Positions 10,861-21,215 of a stretch of 49,548 nucleotides of DNA are shown here, in pieces. Both the position numbers and the translations under genes were made by a program. Positions within the stretch are counted from its first letter, which is position 1, and every line of letters begins with the position of its first letter. The notes beneath the pieces were generated by a model that had not been told where the DNA came from, made no database searches, and saw nothing but the letters and a program-made list of their open reading frames with translations. Origin of the DNA: Promethearchaeota archaeon. GTDB lineage: Archaea > Asgardarchaeota > Lokiarchaeia > Sigyniarchaeales > SOKP01. The stretch covers positions 1 to 49,548 of the forward strand of contig JAEOTS010000188.1 of NCBI GenBank assembly GCA_016839745.1, written 5' to 3'.

Positions 10861-11358
10861 TTAATACATTTCTGCCTTCGCAAATAATAGCGCGAAACAA
10901 CCGTAAAAAATGCCGTTTACAGCCCCACTTAATATAAATCCAATAATTGCCATAAGGGGATCAGCTAACTGAATGAAGGCTAAAACACTCAAAGCCGCAG
11001 AGCCGATTAAAGCAGCAATCATCCAACCTCCAAAACTACCCCCTTTCCCGTCTCCAGTTCGTCCCGCAACTAATGACGCAACAAATGGAGAAACTATAAA
11101 TCCAATGCTTTGAATTAACATAGCATCAAAAGCGCCTAAAGAAATTTGAATAGACATCAAACTTATGACAGTTCCAGGCATTAAACTAATAGGTTCAAAA
11201 AATACTAAAATAATGATTAGAGGTTCGCTACTTATAGCCGAAAAGAGCAAATTTAATTCGCTGCTAACCGTATAAACGATTATAATGAACAGAAAATTTA
11301 GACCAATAAATGCTAGTAAACTGAAACCTAGCGCCTTACCTAACCCGATCTTAATCAA
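10861..11358 (-). CDS. Small membrane protein, unknown function
   Basis: 165 aa, Gly/Ala-rich TM helices; TTG start. Confidence 0.7.
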   Translation of the reverse strand: MIKIGLGKALGFSLLAFIGLNFLFIIIVYTVSSELNLLFSAISSEPLIIILVFFEPISLMPGTVISLMSIQISLGAFDAMLIQSIGFIVSPFVASLVAGRTGDGKGGSFGGWMIAALIGSAALSVLAFIQLADPLMAIIGFILSGAVNGIFYGCFALLFAKAEMY

Positions 11359-11577
11359 CTTTTTTTTACAAGTGTATTTTCAATTTAAATAAATAATACT
11401 ATGTATAAAATAGATTGTAAAAGTTATATAAATTTATTTAAGTCCAATTTTTAATGTTGAATTTTACTAATTCTAAAAAAGATACTTGAAAAAAGCCTTG
11501 AATTGGTAAATTTCACAAATTTTTTGTAGTTTCTCCTATATTTAAATAATAAATATTTCTAATTATAATTTAAGGCT

Positions 11578-12615
11578 ATGAGAGAGAATCAAAATAAATT
11601 CCATATAGGTAAATTAAAGCATAAATTTCTCAATAAGATGTTGGAAAATTTTGTATCAACTACCCATTTAAAAGATAGTAGAGTCGTTGTTGGCTCACAA
11701 ATAGGAGAAGATGCTGCTGTAATAGATATGGGCGATAAATATTTAGTCGCTAAAACAGATCCAATAACATTTGTAACTGGTGAAATTGGATACTATGCTG
11801 TAAACATTAATGTTAACGATGTTGTTTGCACAGGAGCCACACCTAAATGGTTTCAATCCACTATATTATTACCTGCAGGTCTAATTGATGAAGATTTAAT
11901 CGAGTATATTTTTAAAAACATCCATGACACATGCAAATCTTTAGGAATAACTGTTGTTGGTGGACACACAGAAATTACATCGGGAATTGATAGACCAATA
12001 GTAATTGGTTCTCTTCTTGGCGAAGTTGAGAAAGAACAACTAGTTTTATCTTCAGGGGCACATGCAAACGATTCAATTATCCTAACCAAGGGAATTTTTA
12101 TTGAAGGCACAGCCATTATCGCTCGTGAAAAAGAAGATATTCTAAAACAAAAAGGTTTTGATGATGAATTTATTAAAAAATGTAAAAAATACCTTTACAA
12201 TCCAGGAATTAGCATCTATAATGAAGCTTTAATATCCAACGATAATTTTCTTCTAACATCTATGCATGATTTGACTGAAGGGGGATTATTTTGCGGTCTT
12301 GCCGAAATAGCAATCGCGTCTGATTTAGGCTTATTAATCAAAAAAGAACAAATAAATGTTTTACCAGAACCATTGGAATTAAGTAAAGTTTTCAAAATAA
12401 ATCCATATAGCACAATTTCATCTGGCTCTCTTTTAATTTCAATCAATGATGAATTTGCTGAAGATTTAATTAATTTATTAAGAAAGAATGGGATTAGTTC
12501 TGGAGTGATTGGAAATTTTACTTCAGAAAAAAGGGAGTATTTAATTCTTGATGAAAATCATAAGAAATCGCAAATGAGTTATACTGAAGTAGACGAAATT
12601 ACTAAAATTTTGTAA
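11578..12615 (+). CDS. AIR synthase-related protein (PurM/HypE/ThiL superfamily)
   Basis: GEDAAV, KTDPIT, NVNDV..TGATP, VGGHTE, MHDLTEGG, ISSGSLL. Confidence 0.85.
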   Translation: MRENQNKFHIGKLKHKFLNKMLENFVSTTHLKDSRVVVGSQIGEDAAVIDMGDKYLVAKTDPITFVTGEIGYYAVNINVNDVVCTGATPKWFQSTILLPAGLIDEDLIEYIFKNIHDTCKSLGITVVGGHTEITSGIDRPIVIGSLLGEVEKEQLVLSSGAHANDSIILTKGIFIEGTAIIAREKEDILKQKGFDDEFIKKCKKYLYNPGISIYNEALISNDNFLLTSMHDLTEGGLFCGLAEIAIASDLGLLIKKEQINVLPEPLELSKVFKINPYSTISSGSLLISINDEFAEDLINLLRKNGISSGVIGNFTSEKREYLILDENHKKSQMSYTEVDEITKIL

Positions 12616-12798
12616 TTATTTAGCTAATCAATATCAAATTTGCATTTTTAAGATAAATATTTAGCTTTTGCACTTTTACTAAGATTTTTATTTTTAGATT
12701 TTCACTTTTAATATATACCAGTATTTTATATTTTTATAATTAAGGGTTGTTTTAACTAAAAATATACGAATAATTTATTAAATTAAAATCTGATTAAT

Positions 12799-14715
12799 TT
12801 GGTAAACAAGGAATTACTTACGATACTGAAATCCATCGGAGAGAAAGCAAGAGGGAAAGAATTAACTCTTAAAATGAATTCCCACGTTTTTTTTGACATT
12901 TTAGAATCTAAAAACAATTCCTTTATCGAATTTAAAGAAGAAATTAGAAAAGAATGGGGACAGTTCAAATCTAAAAATCAAAATAGAATAATCAAGAAAA
13001 CTTATAGTACGTTTTTTTTCCGATATTTTCACGAGTATTTTAAATTTTATCTGCAAAATTTTTGCGGGTTTGATACCAATTCCTTAGACTTAATAATAAA
13101 AGAGAAGATTTCTGACGACCAACTATTTTTAGAGTATAGCTATTACTTATCTCCCGAAGAACAGGATTATTTTAAGGAATTCAGCAAGACATTTAATGAT
13201 AGTGCTGATGGCATTACTTCACCATTTGGATATCTTTATCTAGTAGTAGCGATATTAGGTGTAATCCTAAGAAAGCTATTGGAAGAAAAATTTTATATTG
13301 TGTTAGACGGAGCTATATTAAAAAATGGTGAAAATAAGAATACTTTAAAATTCTTAGTAGTGATCAAAAATAGTCACGACGAATTGTATGACAACTATTA
13401 TAATATGTATTTATACTACTTTTTGAAATATTTTAAAGAAGTACCAAAAACATATTTAGATAAATTATTAGAAGGAAGAGAAAAATTATACAAAATCGCA
13501 CTTAATGAATATTCTTTTGCCAAAGATAAACTCGTCGATCTGTTATATTACTTTTATAAAAAGTGTAATCTGCTCCAAAATTTTTCACCGTTATTAGATT
13601 TCTTGAATTTTGTCTGTAGTAGAGTAGAAGACTCTGTTTTTCCTAAACTAGATATTATAAAAAAAGAATTTTTACAGAACTTTGATTATACTAATGAAAA
13701 GAAAAACTCCCTACTTAGAATTTTTGATTTTATAGACAAAAAATCAACTTTATACTCGACTTTTCAAGCAAATAATTTACCATCTCAAAAGGCTCAATTT
13801 AATTTGTTTTTATTGTATACAAAATATTTTTTTGGTAGCGGAAGTTTAGAAGCTTTAGAAGTTGGCGATCTGTTGTTTTTACCGGAGGACTTTAAAATTG
13901 CTTTGAATAAAACTAATAAAAAAATAGAAAACAAAATTAATGCTAATACAGTAAAAGATATTCAAGAATTTTTGGATAGTTTCGCAATTATTTCGAATTT
14001 AGAAAACCCAAATCTGGTTTTTAAAATAATATTCAATAAAGATATTTCTCAGATTAATTACGACTTCTTTAGAGCTTTCTTAACTAGTTTGAACACAAGC
14101 ATTAGATGTTTAATTGAAAGTGAAAACAAAACCTTAGAAGAAATCCCAAATAATGAACCTTTGAGTTTTAAAGTAGTTGTTGATCATATCTGTAGGATGC
14201 TCTACACCTTAATAGATAAAATATTTATTAGAAAACTCCCAGGACAAGCTTCTAAAAACTTTATTGACCCGAGAAGCCGATATATTGGGAGAAATATTGC
14301 TTTGAGAGTACTAGAATTATTTATATTCAGCGACTTAAATGTGTCAGACGATGTTTGGCCCGATTATATTATTAGCATGAATAAGGATGTCTTATTAAAG
14401 GATTTAGAAAATTACCATCTAAAAATTCCGGAAAAGCATTTTTACCAATATGAAGATATAGCCCGATTTGTAGTCACTTTTAATTTTTTATCTTCAGCTA
14501 ATCAGCTTATATTCGAAGAATGGATACTCAATGGGATTATTATTCCAATAAATAATTTTATTTTAAAAATTCGCAGATTAATTGAAGAGAGTAATAAGAA
14601 ATCTAAGACTTATGAAGTTTTAAGAGATTTTTTTATAAAAAACACAAAAGAAATCAAAAATGTTCAAGACTTAGAGTTTATATGCAAGCAAATCTCAGTC
14701 ATCTGGGAAGATTAG
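12799..14715 (+). CDS. Hypothetical protein (helical, lineage-specific)
   Basis: 638-aa ORF with no recognisable motif. Confidence 0.65.
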   Translation: MVNKELLTILKSIGEKARGKELTLKMNSHVFFDILESKNNSFIEFKEEIRKEWGQFKSKNQNRIIKKTYSTFFFRYFHEYFKFYLQNFCGFDTNSLDLIIKEKISDDQLFLEYSYYLSPEEQDYFKEFSKTFNDSADGITSPFGYLYLVVAILGVILRKLLEEKFYIVLDGAILKNGENKNTLKFLVVIKNSHDELYDNYYNMYLYYFLKYFKEVPKTYLDKLLEGREKLYKIALNEYSFAKDKLVDLLYYFYKKCNLLQNFSPLLDFLNFVCSRVEDSVFPKLDIIKKEFLQNFDYTNEKKNSLLRIFDFIDKKSTLYSTFQANNLPSQKAQFNLFLLYTKYFFGSGSLEALEVGDLLFLPEDFKIALNKTNKKIENKINANTVKDIQEFLDSFAIISNLENPNLVFKIIFNKDISQINYDFFRAFLTSLNTSIRCLIESENKTLEEIPNNEPLSFKVVVDHICRMLYTLIDKIFIRKLPGQASKNFIDPRSRYIGRNIALRVLELFIFSDLNVSDDVWPDYIISMNKDVLLKDLENYHLKIPEKHFYQYEDIARFVVTFNFLSSANQLIFEEWILNGIIIPINNFILKIRRLIEESNKKSKTYEVLRDFFIKNTKEIKNVQDLEFICKQISVIWED

Positions 14716-14733
14716 AAATAACCAACTTGATCC

Positions 14734-15246
14734 TTAAAGTTCCGTAAATAATTCAAAAATCTTACAGAATTCTTTGAAATTTTTTTCGACATCAACTACC
14801 GGCAGATATAATCCTTCACCTTGAGCAAAATCACTCGTAGTAATTATACCAGATATCATTTTAATATTTTCATTCAACTGTGATCCTATATGATTTAAAT
14901 CTTCTACACATAAAATAGTTGGGTAAGGTAGATTCCTAAAACTCTCAAAAAAAATCATATCTAATTTAAAGGGGCTGTCATCAAGCCATTGTATTAAATC
15001 GTCTAAAATGACTTCTTTCTTTAGAAAAATTGCACTTTCATCAAATCTATTTTTTATAATGGAAAAAACTGCGCCTGATTGAGAGAATCTAAACGAATCT
15101 TTTCCTTCTTCGTCGATCCGATGTTCGTGTATATATTTTATCACACCTACTTCAAGGTTAAGCTCAAACTTCAATTTCCTTATAAGATTTTCGATAAGAT
15201 ATGTCTTTCCACTCCCTGAATACCCAATTACACTAATTATTCTAAT
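14734..15246 (-). CDS. mobB: Molybdopterin-guanine dinucleotide biosynthesis protein B; start extended to ATT
   Basis: In-frame extension upstream of the ORF-track start gives IRIISVIGYSGSGKTYLIE (P-loop), followed by VGVIK..H, D.EGKDSFRF..SGA, D...FESF; GGTGG 6 nt before ATT. Confidence 0.85.
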   Translation of the reverse strand: MRIISVIGYSGSGKTYLIENLIRKLKFELNLEVGVIKYIHEHRIDEEGKDSFRFSQSGAVFSIIKNRFDESAIFLKKEVILDDLIQWLDDSPFKLDMIFFESFRNLPYPTILCVEDLNHIGSQLNENIKMISGIITTSDFAQGEGLYLPVVDVEKNFKEFCKIFELFTEL

Positions 15247-15364
15247 AAAAAACCACCAAATCTTAGATTTTGAAAAACAAGAGATTTAATATAATTATTA
15301 ATATCTAAAAAGTGTTAAAAGAATTAACTTTACGTTAAGATGAAAGAAAAAGTTCCTCGTAATT

Positions 15365-17362
15365 ATGCCTAGTAAAAATGAAATAATCGTGTTCGATGCA
15401 AATTTTTTTATTTGTATGAATTCTATTAGAGCAAAAAATATTCTGGGAAATTTAGAACAAGCAGGTTCAGATTTAGGGTTTAAATATTATATTAGCGCCG
15501 TTGTATTTGATGAAATTAAAGCGCCTACTACTTTTCGAGAAAAATTTCAAAAAGTAATAAATGTTGAAAAGATTGAAAGTTTAGAAATTGAATCTATTAA
15601 AAACGATCTTAGTGAGCATGGTATTCGTTTTCCTGCTCAAGATCCGGATTTATCCTTGTTATCTTTATCTCAGAAATTACTTGGTGATGATCATCGTTCT
15701 ATTAATTTAGTTTCTGACGATTTTAAACTCGTTAAAAACGCTAATTTGTTCTTCCACGGAAAGATAAACATTTTATCTCTGTCCAGTTTTCTATTAAAAA
15801 TTCATAGAACAATTTCTAATAAGCAACTACGGAGCTATTTCAAAAACACATGGAAGAAAAGTTTGAACTACACGCTTTCTTATATGATAGAACGCTCTAA
15901 GATTTATCCTGCTGAAGAAAAAATAACATGGTTAATTGAAAAGGCGATTAGTGTGACACAAGATTCAATAATAACCCAAGATGCACATTATATGGATAGT
16001 CAAAAACAGCCCGTCAAGTTTGAAATTGGTGCAAGCAAATACGAGCAAGAAATCACAATTTGTGAAAAATATATTGAAAACCAGAAACTGGCAAATAGTG
16101 AAGAGGAGCTCGTATCTGGAATAATAAATTTCCTTGAAAATTTAAAAATCTCTCGCGAATATGTAAAAGAAGCTCGTAAAGCGATTGAGAAACACGATTC
16201 TAAAAACGCTGTGAAATATTTAAAGAAGGGGAATGGTTTCTTAATTTCACTTTTGCAAATAGCCTCTGGTCAATTAACTAATTTAAAGGAGTACGATATC
16301 GTGGAACAGTTGATATGTAGCGAAATTTCAAAAATGGAATTCTTAAGGGCCTTTATTTTAATTTCTTTAGGAAGAGTAAATAACGCTATAGATTCTTTGG
16401 AAAGAGCAGCGCTATTTTCTACAATAATTCATAATCATCAAACGTGTTTGACTTTAAATTATGTAAAGGCTCTGATCTTGTTATTTCATGGGCTCTACAA
16501 TAATGCTATAATGGCTTATAATTTTACGGAAGAACTCGCTGATATCTATAACGACGAACGCCTTAAACTCAAATGTGCAATTGGAAAAAGTATAGCGCTT
16601 TACATTCAAGGTGAAGATGGCGAGACGGCTATGGCGATTATGGAAGAAATTTCAGCCATGGATATGGAGAAGAACTTTTTAGACGCTATCATCGTCTTTA
16701 GTGAACTTGGAGATTATTTTTTAGCACTAGGTCATTCCCAATTAGCTGCAAATCTTTACAACGAGGCTCTAGAAATCAGTATTGACTATAAACTAAAAAT
16801 CAGGAGCGATATCTTAATAGAAAAGTTAAAACGCTCTTACATCGCGACCGTTTTGAATGGATACTCTACAGAAGATATTATGGTTGATAAATTAGATGTT
16901 TTGCTTAATAAAGCGTATTCAGTAAAAGATGTAGAGAAATATAACGAACAAATCAAGAAGATTTCAAGTTTTAATGTTCTCTTTTACACACCTTTCCCTT
17001 ACATTACAGGGAAAAAAAAAATAGTTCCTTATATCAAACTTCCCAAAGAGTTACAAGACGATTACTTAGAAGTAGTTCACTTTGAAAAGTTGAAGAGTAA
17101 CGGTGCCTCTAAGTATCTTTTCATAGTCTCTCATTACGAATTAGGCTTGTTAGGAATCATTCTAAAAACAGATGAAACTGTGATAGGAATCGCTGAAAAC
17201 TACACGTTAAAAATTAAGCCTACATCTAAGGTTAAAATTTACAATCCGAGCGAAGCATTAAGAGATACCTATTTAATCAGAGCAATTATCGAAGTTATAA
17301 ATAAAAATGAATGCGAAATTATATACTCATTGCCCTCTTTCTTTAAAGCACTAAATATATAA
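15365..17362 (+). CDS. PIN-domain nuclease fused to TPR-like repeats
   Basis: N-terminal VFDANF, ISAVVFDEI, QDPDLSL, LVSDDFKL; central TPR-like helices (LGRVNNAIDSLERA, LGDYFLALGHSQLAANLYNEAL). Confidence 0.75.
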   Translation: MPSKNEIIVFDANFFICMNSIRAKNILGNLEQAGSDLGFKYYISAVVFDEIKAPTTFREKFQKVINVEKIESLEIESIKNDLSEHGIRFPAQDPDLSLLSLSQKLLGDDHRSINLVSDDFKLVKNANLFFHGKINILSLSSFLLKIHRTISNKQLRSYFKNTWKKSLNYTLSYMIERSKIYPAEEKITWLIEKAISVTQDSIITQDAHYMDSQKQPVKFEIGASKYEQEITICEKYIENQKLANSEEELVSGIINFLENLKISREYVKEARKAIEKHDSKNAVKYLKKGNGFLISLLQIASGQLTNLKEYDIVEQLICSEISKMEFLRAFILISLGRVNNAIDSLERAALFSTIIHNHQTCLTLNYVKALILLFHGLYNNAIMAYNFTEELADIYNDERLKLKCAIGKSIALYIQGEDGETAMAIMEEISAMDMEKNFLDAIIVFSELGDYFLALGHSQLAANLYNEALEISIDYKLKIRSDILIEKLKRSYIATVLNGYSTEDIMVDKLDVLLNKAYSVKDVEKYNEQIKKISSFNVLFYTPFPYITGKKKIVPYIKLPKELQDDYLEVVHFEKLKSNGASKYLFIVSHYELGLLGIILKTDETVIGIAENYTLKIKPTSKVKIYNPSEALRDTYLIRAIIEVINKNECEIIYSLPSFFKALNI

Positions 17363-17363
17363 C

Positions 17364-17636
17364 TTAATTTTTTCTTAATTGCTTATCTCGTTGGCTAACT
17401 TGATGGCTGTGAACAGCGCAGCTTATACAATAATATTTTTTCGTAGTTGGGGATTGAATAATCGTCCCAGTCTTCTTCAGTTCAGCATACATTCTACCAT
17501 CAACTAAAGAAGTTCGCCTAGTTACTGCCTTAGCCTTACTCCGAGGAACAGAACGGCCACATTTACTGCATTGTACATTGTTATAGCTTCCCTTACTTGA
17601 GCCGGTTTTACCGCCACTTCTTCTTTTCTTTGGAAT
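17364..17636 (-). CDS. rps26e: 30S ribosomal protein eS26 (missed by ORF track; ATT start)
   Basis: Manual translation (I/M)PKKRRSGGKTGSSKGSYNNVQCSKCGRSVPRSKAK...YYCISCAVHSHQV..R, 90 aa, Zn finger CxxC...CxxC. Confidence 0.95.
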   Translation of the reverse strand: MPKKRRSGGKTGSSKGSYNNVQCSKCGRSVPRSKAKAVTRRTSLVDGRMYAELKKTGTIIQSPTTKKYYCISCAVHSHQVSQRDKQLRKN

Positions 17637-17769
17637 GATTTTTTCAGCTTTTTTCTATTATCGTCTATTTCTACATCTTAGAATAGGACAAACCTTAAAA
17701 AATTTATTCTTTCGCTCCGAAAATTAGCAATTATTAGCGCTATGAAGGTTTCGCTAATAAATTTAGTAA

Positions 17770-18453
17770 TTAATTTTTATCGTGCGTTTCATTTTTGCTT
17801 AATGATTTGAAGGAAAATATTAATCTTTGAATTACGGTTAAAAGAAGTAGTCCTGTGAAGATTAATGTGAATATGGGGAAAAACAACGTGAAAGGAGTTC
17901 CATAAAAAAGGTTTGATAAATAAAAAATCCAAAATTCAGCGATAAAAGCAAACCACAATATAATTAATCTCTCGGCTCTTTCCATAAAGCCTACTCCTTT
18001 CATCTCAATTCCTTCGTTTTCAGCTCTCGCTCGAATATACGAAATCATAAGAATTAAAAATAGGATCATAAATCCTATAACGTAATTAAAATACCCCCCC
18101 ATTATTAACCCTAAGACTATTGCGGCATCAGAAAGTCGGTCTAGGTTTGAATCTAAAAACGCTCCTGATTTTGAAATATTATCTGTCTTCCGAGCTACTT
18201 CTCCGTCAAAGACATCAAAAGCACCTGCCCAGAACATCACAAATGGGACAATCCACGCTAAGGGAAAAGGAAAATGTAACCCCCCCCATGCAAGTAAAAC
18301 AGCAACTGCTATTGAACAGAAAAAACCACAAAACGATAAAATATTTGGTGTAAACCCATGTTTAATTAACAATTTAACCGGAAGATCAACAAATCTATTT
18401 AGAACTCTTCGTTGATTATTCCTCTTAATATTAGCTTGTTCAGATTTGCTCAA
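17770..18453 (-). CDS. CDP-alcohol phosphatidyltransferase (archaetidylinositol phosphate synthase-like)
   Basis: TPN.LS, DVFDGEVAR...SKSGAFLDSNLDRLSD, SYIRARAE, GFMERAER. Confidence 0.92.
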   Translation of the reverse strand: MSKSEQANIKRNNQRRVLNRFVDLPVKLLIKHGFTPNILSFCGFFCSIAVAVLLAWGGLHFPFPLAWIVPFVMFWAGAFDVFDGEVARKTDNISKSGAFLDSNLDRLSDAAIVLGLIMGGYFNYVIGFMILFLILMISYIRARAENEGIEMKGVGFMERAERLIILWFAFIAEFWIFYLSNLFYGTPFTLFFPIFTLIFTGLLLLTVIQRLIFSFKSLSKNETHDKN

Positions 18454-18517
18454 TATTTCTGCCTAAATTGTTATTAACGATAATTAAATTTAAAAGTACT
18501 CTATAATAAAAAATTTT

Positions 18518-19117
18518 TCATATTAATAATTGCAAATTCATTTTAATTAACCGAATCGTAGAGGATGCTAAATAAGAGCGATTTCCTAGGCTCAAGTTGG
18601 TCAAATTCAACTTTTTCAATTCTTTATTGTTTAGGAGATCACCACTTTGATCTCCTAGAATAAATAGCAATTTATCCTTTGAATTCATTTTCTCAAAAAC
18701 TTCTTTAAAATCCATCCCATTCTCGTTTAACACATAAATTTGATATTTTTTTTCAACGAAGTTTTTAATCGCGTCAAATATGCTTAAATTCGAATATTTA
18801 ACTGCGTCCAAAGGAGTTTCGGGATACTTTTCTCGCTTTTTCGTTTTTTTAATAAATTCTACAAAAAAATCTGTTAAAAGAATTTCGTTTTTTGGGAAAT
18901 ACTCATCACTAAACAGATCAGAGTCAAAAATAAATGTTCCATACTCATCCAGAAAAATCCAAATCTGGATATTTTCTTCAAGATTGTTTCCCGTTGTAAG
19001 TGCCGATAGGATACACCTTGAGATAACATCAAGTCTTCCAGAGGATCCTGGGATATCTTTAATATTATATTTGCTAATATCAACTGTTCCTGATTTTACG
19101 AAGAAAATTAATTTCAT
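18518..19117 (-). CDS. trmY: tRNA (pseudouridine54-N1)-methyltransferase, SPOUT family
   Basis: DIPGSSGRLDVISRC, L.E.G.D, FILGDQSG, SLG..SYLAS. Confidence 0.85.
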   Translation of the reverse strand: MKLIFFVKSGTVDISKYNIKDIPGSSGRLDVISRCILSALTTGNNLEENIQIWIFLDEYGTFIFDSDLFSDEYFPKNEILLTDFFVEFIKKTKKREKYPETPLDAVKYSNLSIFDAIKNFVEKKYQIYVLNENGMDFKEVFEKMNSKDKLLFILGDQSGDLLNNKELKKLNLTNLSLGNRSYLASSTIRLIKMNLQLLI

Positions 19118-19226
19118 TAATTTAAGATAAAACTATTTTTTTTAAAATGGTATTATAAACTTGAGAATTTACCATTTGAATAAATCCTTTGTTTTTCAGA
19201 AGTGATGTCACCTCTGAAATTACAGG

Positions 19227-19535
19227 TTATGTTAATTTGCTTCTCTTAAAGCGAGTAATTAGATAAAATGTACCCATTAATACTACTATAGAAAGAACAA
19301 TGCCGACTATTCCTGCAATATAATCGTTGGTAAGCCAACTTAAAAAAGGAATCCAAGGAGAAAATAGATTTTCAAGCCATTCTTCACTGTAATAATCCGT
19401 TAAAACTCTTTCTAACCCATCAGGATTTTCAGAAAGAAATCCAATTCTAAACCCTACTGCTAATACAAACATTAGTGTAGTAATTATAATCAGAATTGTG
19501 ATTAAAGGCCATTTATTCCTTTTGATTACACCCAT
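19227..19535 (-). CDS. PDGLE-domain Co/Ni ECF accessory subunit (CbiN/NikN-like)
   Basis: Two TM helices flanking SENPDGLE; directly downstream of cbiM. Confidence 0.85.
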   Translation of the reverse strand: MGVIKRNKWPLITILIIITTLMFVLAVGFRIGFLSENPDGLERVLTDYYSEEWLENLFSPWIPFLSWLTNDYIAGIVGIVLSIVVLMGTFYLITRFKRSKLT

Positions 19536-19538
19536 TTT

Positions 19539-20210
19539 TTATTTCACCTTGAGGAGTGATTCAGTTGTAATAAATTCAGGCTTGGTTTTATAAATATAAT
19601 ATACAATTAAAGCAGAAATTATTCCCTCACCGATACCTATTAGGATATGCCAAAAAGCCATAACCGGAACGGCAATTTCAATTGGAATTTTGCCACTAAT
19701 AGCAAGTTCAATACCACACACGATAGAAGCTAAAACAATAGCGATATAAGAACCTATACCAGTTGCAATTGTAAGTTTAAGTTCCTTTTTTATTGATGTT
19801 TTATTTAAAAGTTTTACGAATAGCATAACTAAATAGAAACCGAAAATACCACCAATTATTCCCATATTGAAAGCGTTTGCTCCCAACGCGGTGATTCCTC
19901 CATCTCCAAAAAGACTTTGAATAACTAATATTAAAAATAATACTATAACTGATGCCCAAGGACCAAGGATTATAGCTACTAAAGTGCCTCCTACTAAATG
20001 CCCAGATGTACCTCCTGGTATCGGGTAATTAACAAATTGGAAAGCAAATATAACTGCTGCAAGAACCCCTATGTAAGGGATTAATTTTTCAGAATCTTCC
20101 TTTTCAAAAATGTGACCCATTTTAAAATAGCCAAAAATCATAACTGTTATCGAAACGACCCAAAGCACCATAGTAGTGAAAGGATCTAATAATCCATCAG
20201 GTAAATGCAT
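19539..20210 (-). CDS. cbiM: Co/Ni ECF transporter S component
   Basis: Metal-binding N-terminus MHLPDG, PGGTSGHLVGG, GDGGITALGAN, HILIGIGEG. Confidence 0.93.
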   Translation of the reverse strand: MHLPDGLLDPFTTMVLWVVSITVMIFGYFKMGHIFEKEDSEKLIPYIGVLAAVIFAFQFVNYPIPGGTSGHLVGGTLVAIILGPWASVIVLFLILVIQSLFGDGGITALGANAFNMGIIGGIFGFYLVMLFVKLLNKTSIKKELKLTIATGIGSYIAIVLASIVCGIELAISGKIPIEIAVPVMAFWHILIGIGEGIISALIVYYIYKTKPEFITTESLLKVK

Positions 20211-20399
20211 ATTTTATTTCTCTATATTTTATTATCGATTAATTTTTTTGTCATGAATAATATTTTATCATAATTTAGTATTATTTATAAACGATATGAT
20301 AAATTTATATTTTAATATGAAGATTCATTTTGAAATCACTCGAGATTTATCTATGAAAGTTTCTTACGAATTTCGCTAATACATCGATTATTAAGGAGA

Positions 20400-21215
20400 T
20401 TGAAAAAATTGGATATAGAATTACCTTTCAAACACGAAGATGAAAAGAATTTTTTGAATAAAATTCATCCATTAATTCGTTTTTTGCTCCCCTTTATTTT
20501 TGTGATTCCTTTCCTAATTATTGATGATGTTTATTTAGTAATTACGACTATTTTCTTGGTTTTAATTATTAATCTGGTTTTTCACTTACATCTATTAAGG
20601 ATAATTTCAAAACTAAGAGCTTTACTTCCCTTTATTTTGGTCATTACAATTTTTATTCCTTTCTATGTAGGAAACACGGTAATTTATCAGTTAAAAATAG
20701 GAATTTCACTAAATATTTATAAAGAAGGATTAAATTTTGCTTTAATTTTATTTTTTCGAATTATAGGGGCAGCATTTGTATTCTTAACATTTCTAGCATC
20801 ATTAACTTATTCTGAATTTATTGAAGCATTAACTAAATTAAGAGCAATTCCCCCCTTTTTTATAGGTAGTATAGTTATCATGCTTCATTACATCCCAATT
20901 CTAGCAAAATCTAATAGAAAAGTACTGGAAGCACAAGATTTAAGAGGTAAAAACTTTACATCGTATTGGCAAAGGCTTAAAACTCATGCGTTCATAATGG
21001 GAAAGAATATAGTACACAATATGGAAAGAAGCGAGATTTTATATGAGAGCTTAAAAATGAGGGGCTTTTCTGGTAAAATCACCTTTTCTTCAAAGAAAAT
21101 AAAATTAGCTGATATACTAATAGTAATACTGTTTTTGTCTATTATCGTTTCTCTCATCTACTTTGTAAATCTAAAACAGATATATATGGAGGTTTTAAAA
21201 TTATTTATCTTATAG
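20400..21215 (+). CDS. cbiQ: ECF transporter T component
   Basis: IHP..R, TM helices, AQDLRG and SLKMRGFSG motifs; GGAG before TTG. Confidence 0.88.
   Translation: MKKLDIELPFKHEDEKNFLNKIHPLIRFLLPFIFVIPFLIIDDVYLVITTIFLVLIINLVFHLHLLRIISKLRALLPFILVITIFIPFYVGNTVIYQLKIGISLNIYKEGLNFALILFFRIIGAAFVFLTFLASLTYSEFIEALTKLRAIPPFFIGSIVIMLHYIPILAKSNRKVLEAQDLRGKNFTSYWQRLKTHAFIMGKNIVHNMERSEILYESLKMRGFSGKITFSSKKIKLADILIVILFLSIIVSLIYFVNLKQIYMEVLKLFIL

Noticed and set aside
11578-12615. Selenophosphate synthetase SelD or true HypE
   Set aside because: No N-terminal Cys/Sec-x-x-Lys and no C-terminal PRIC, so left as AIR synthase-related.
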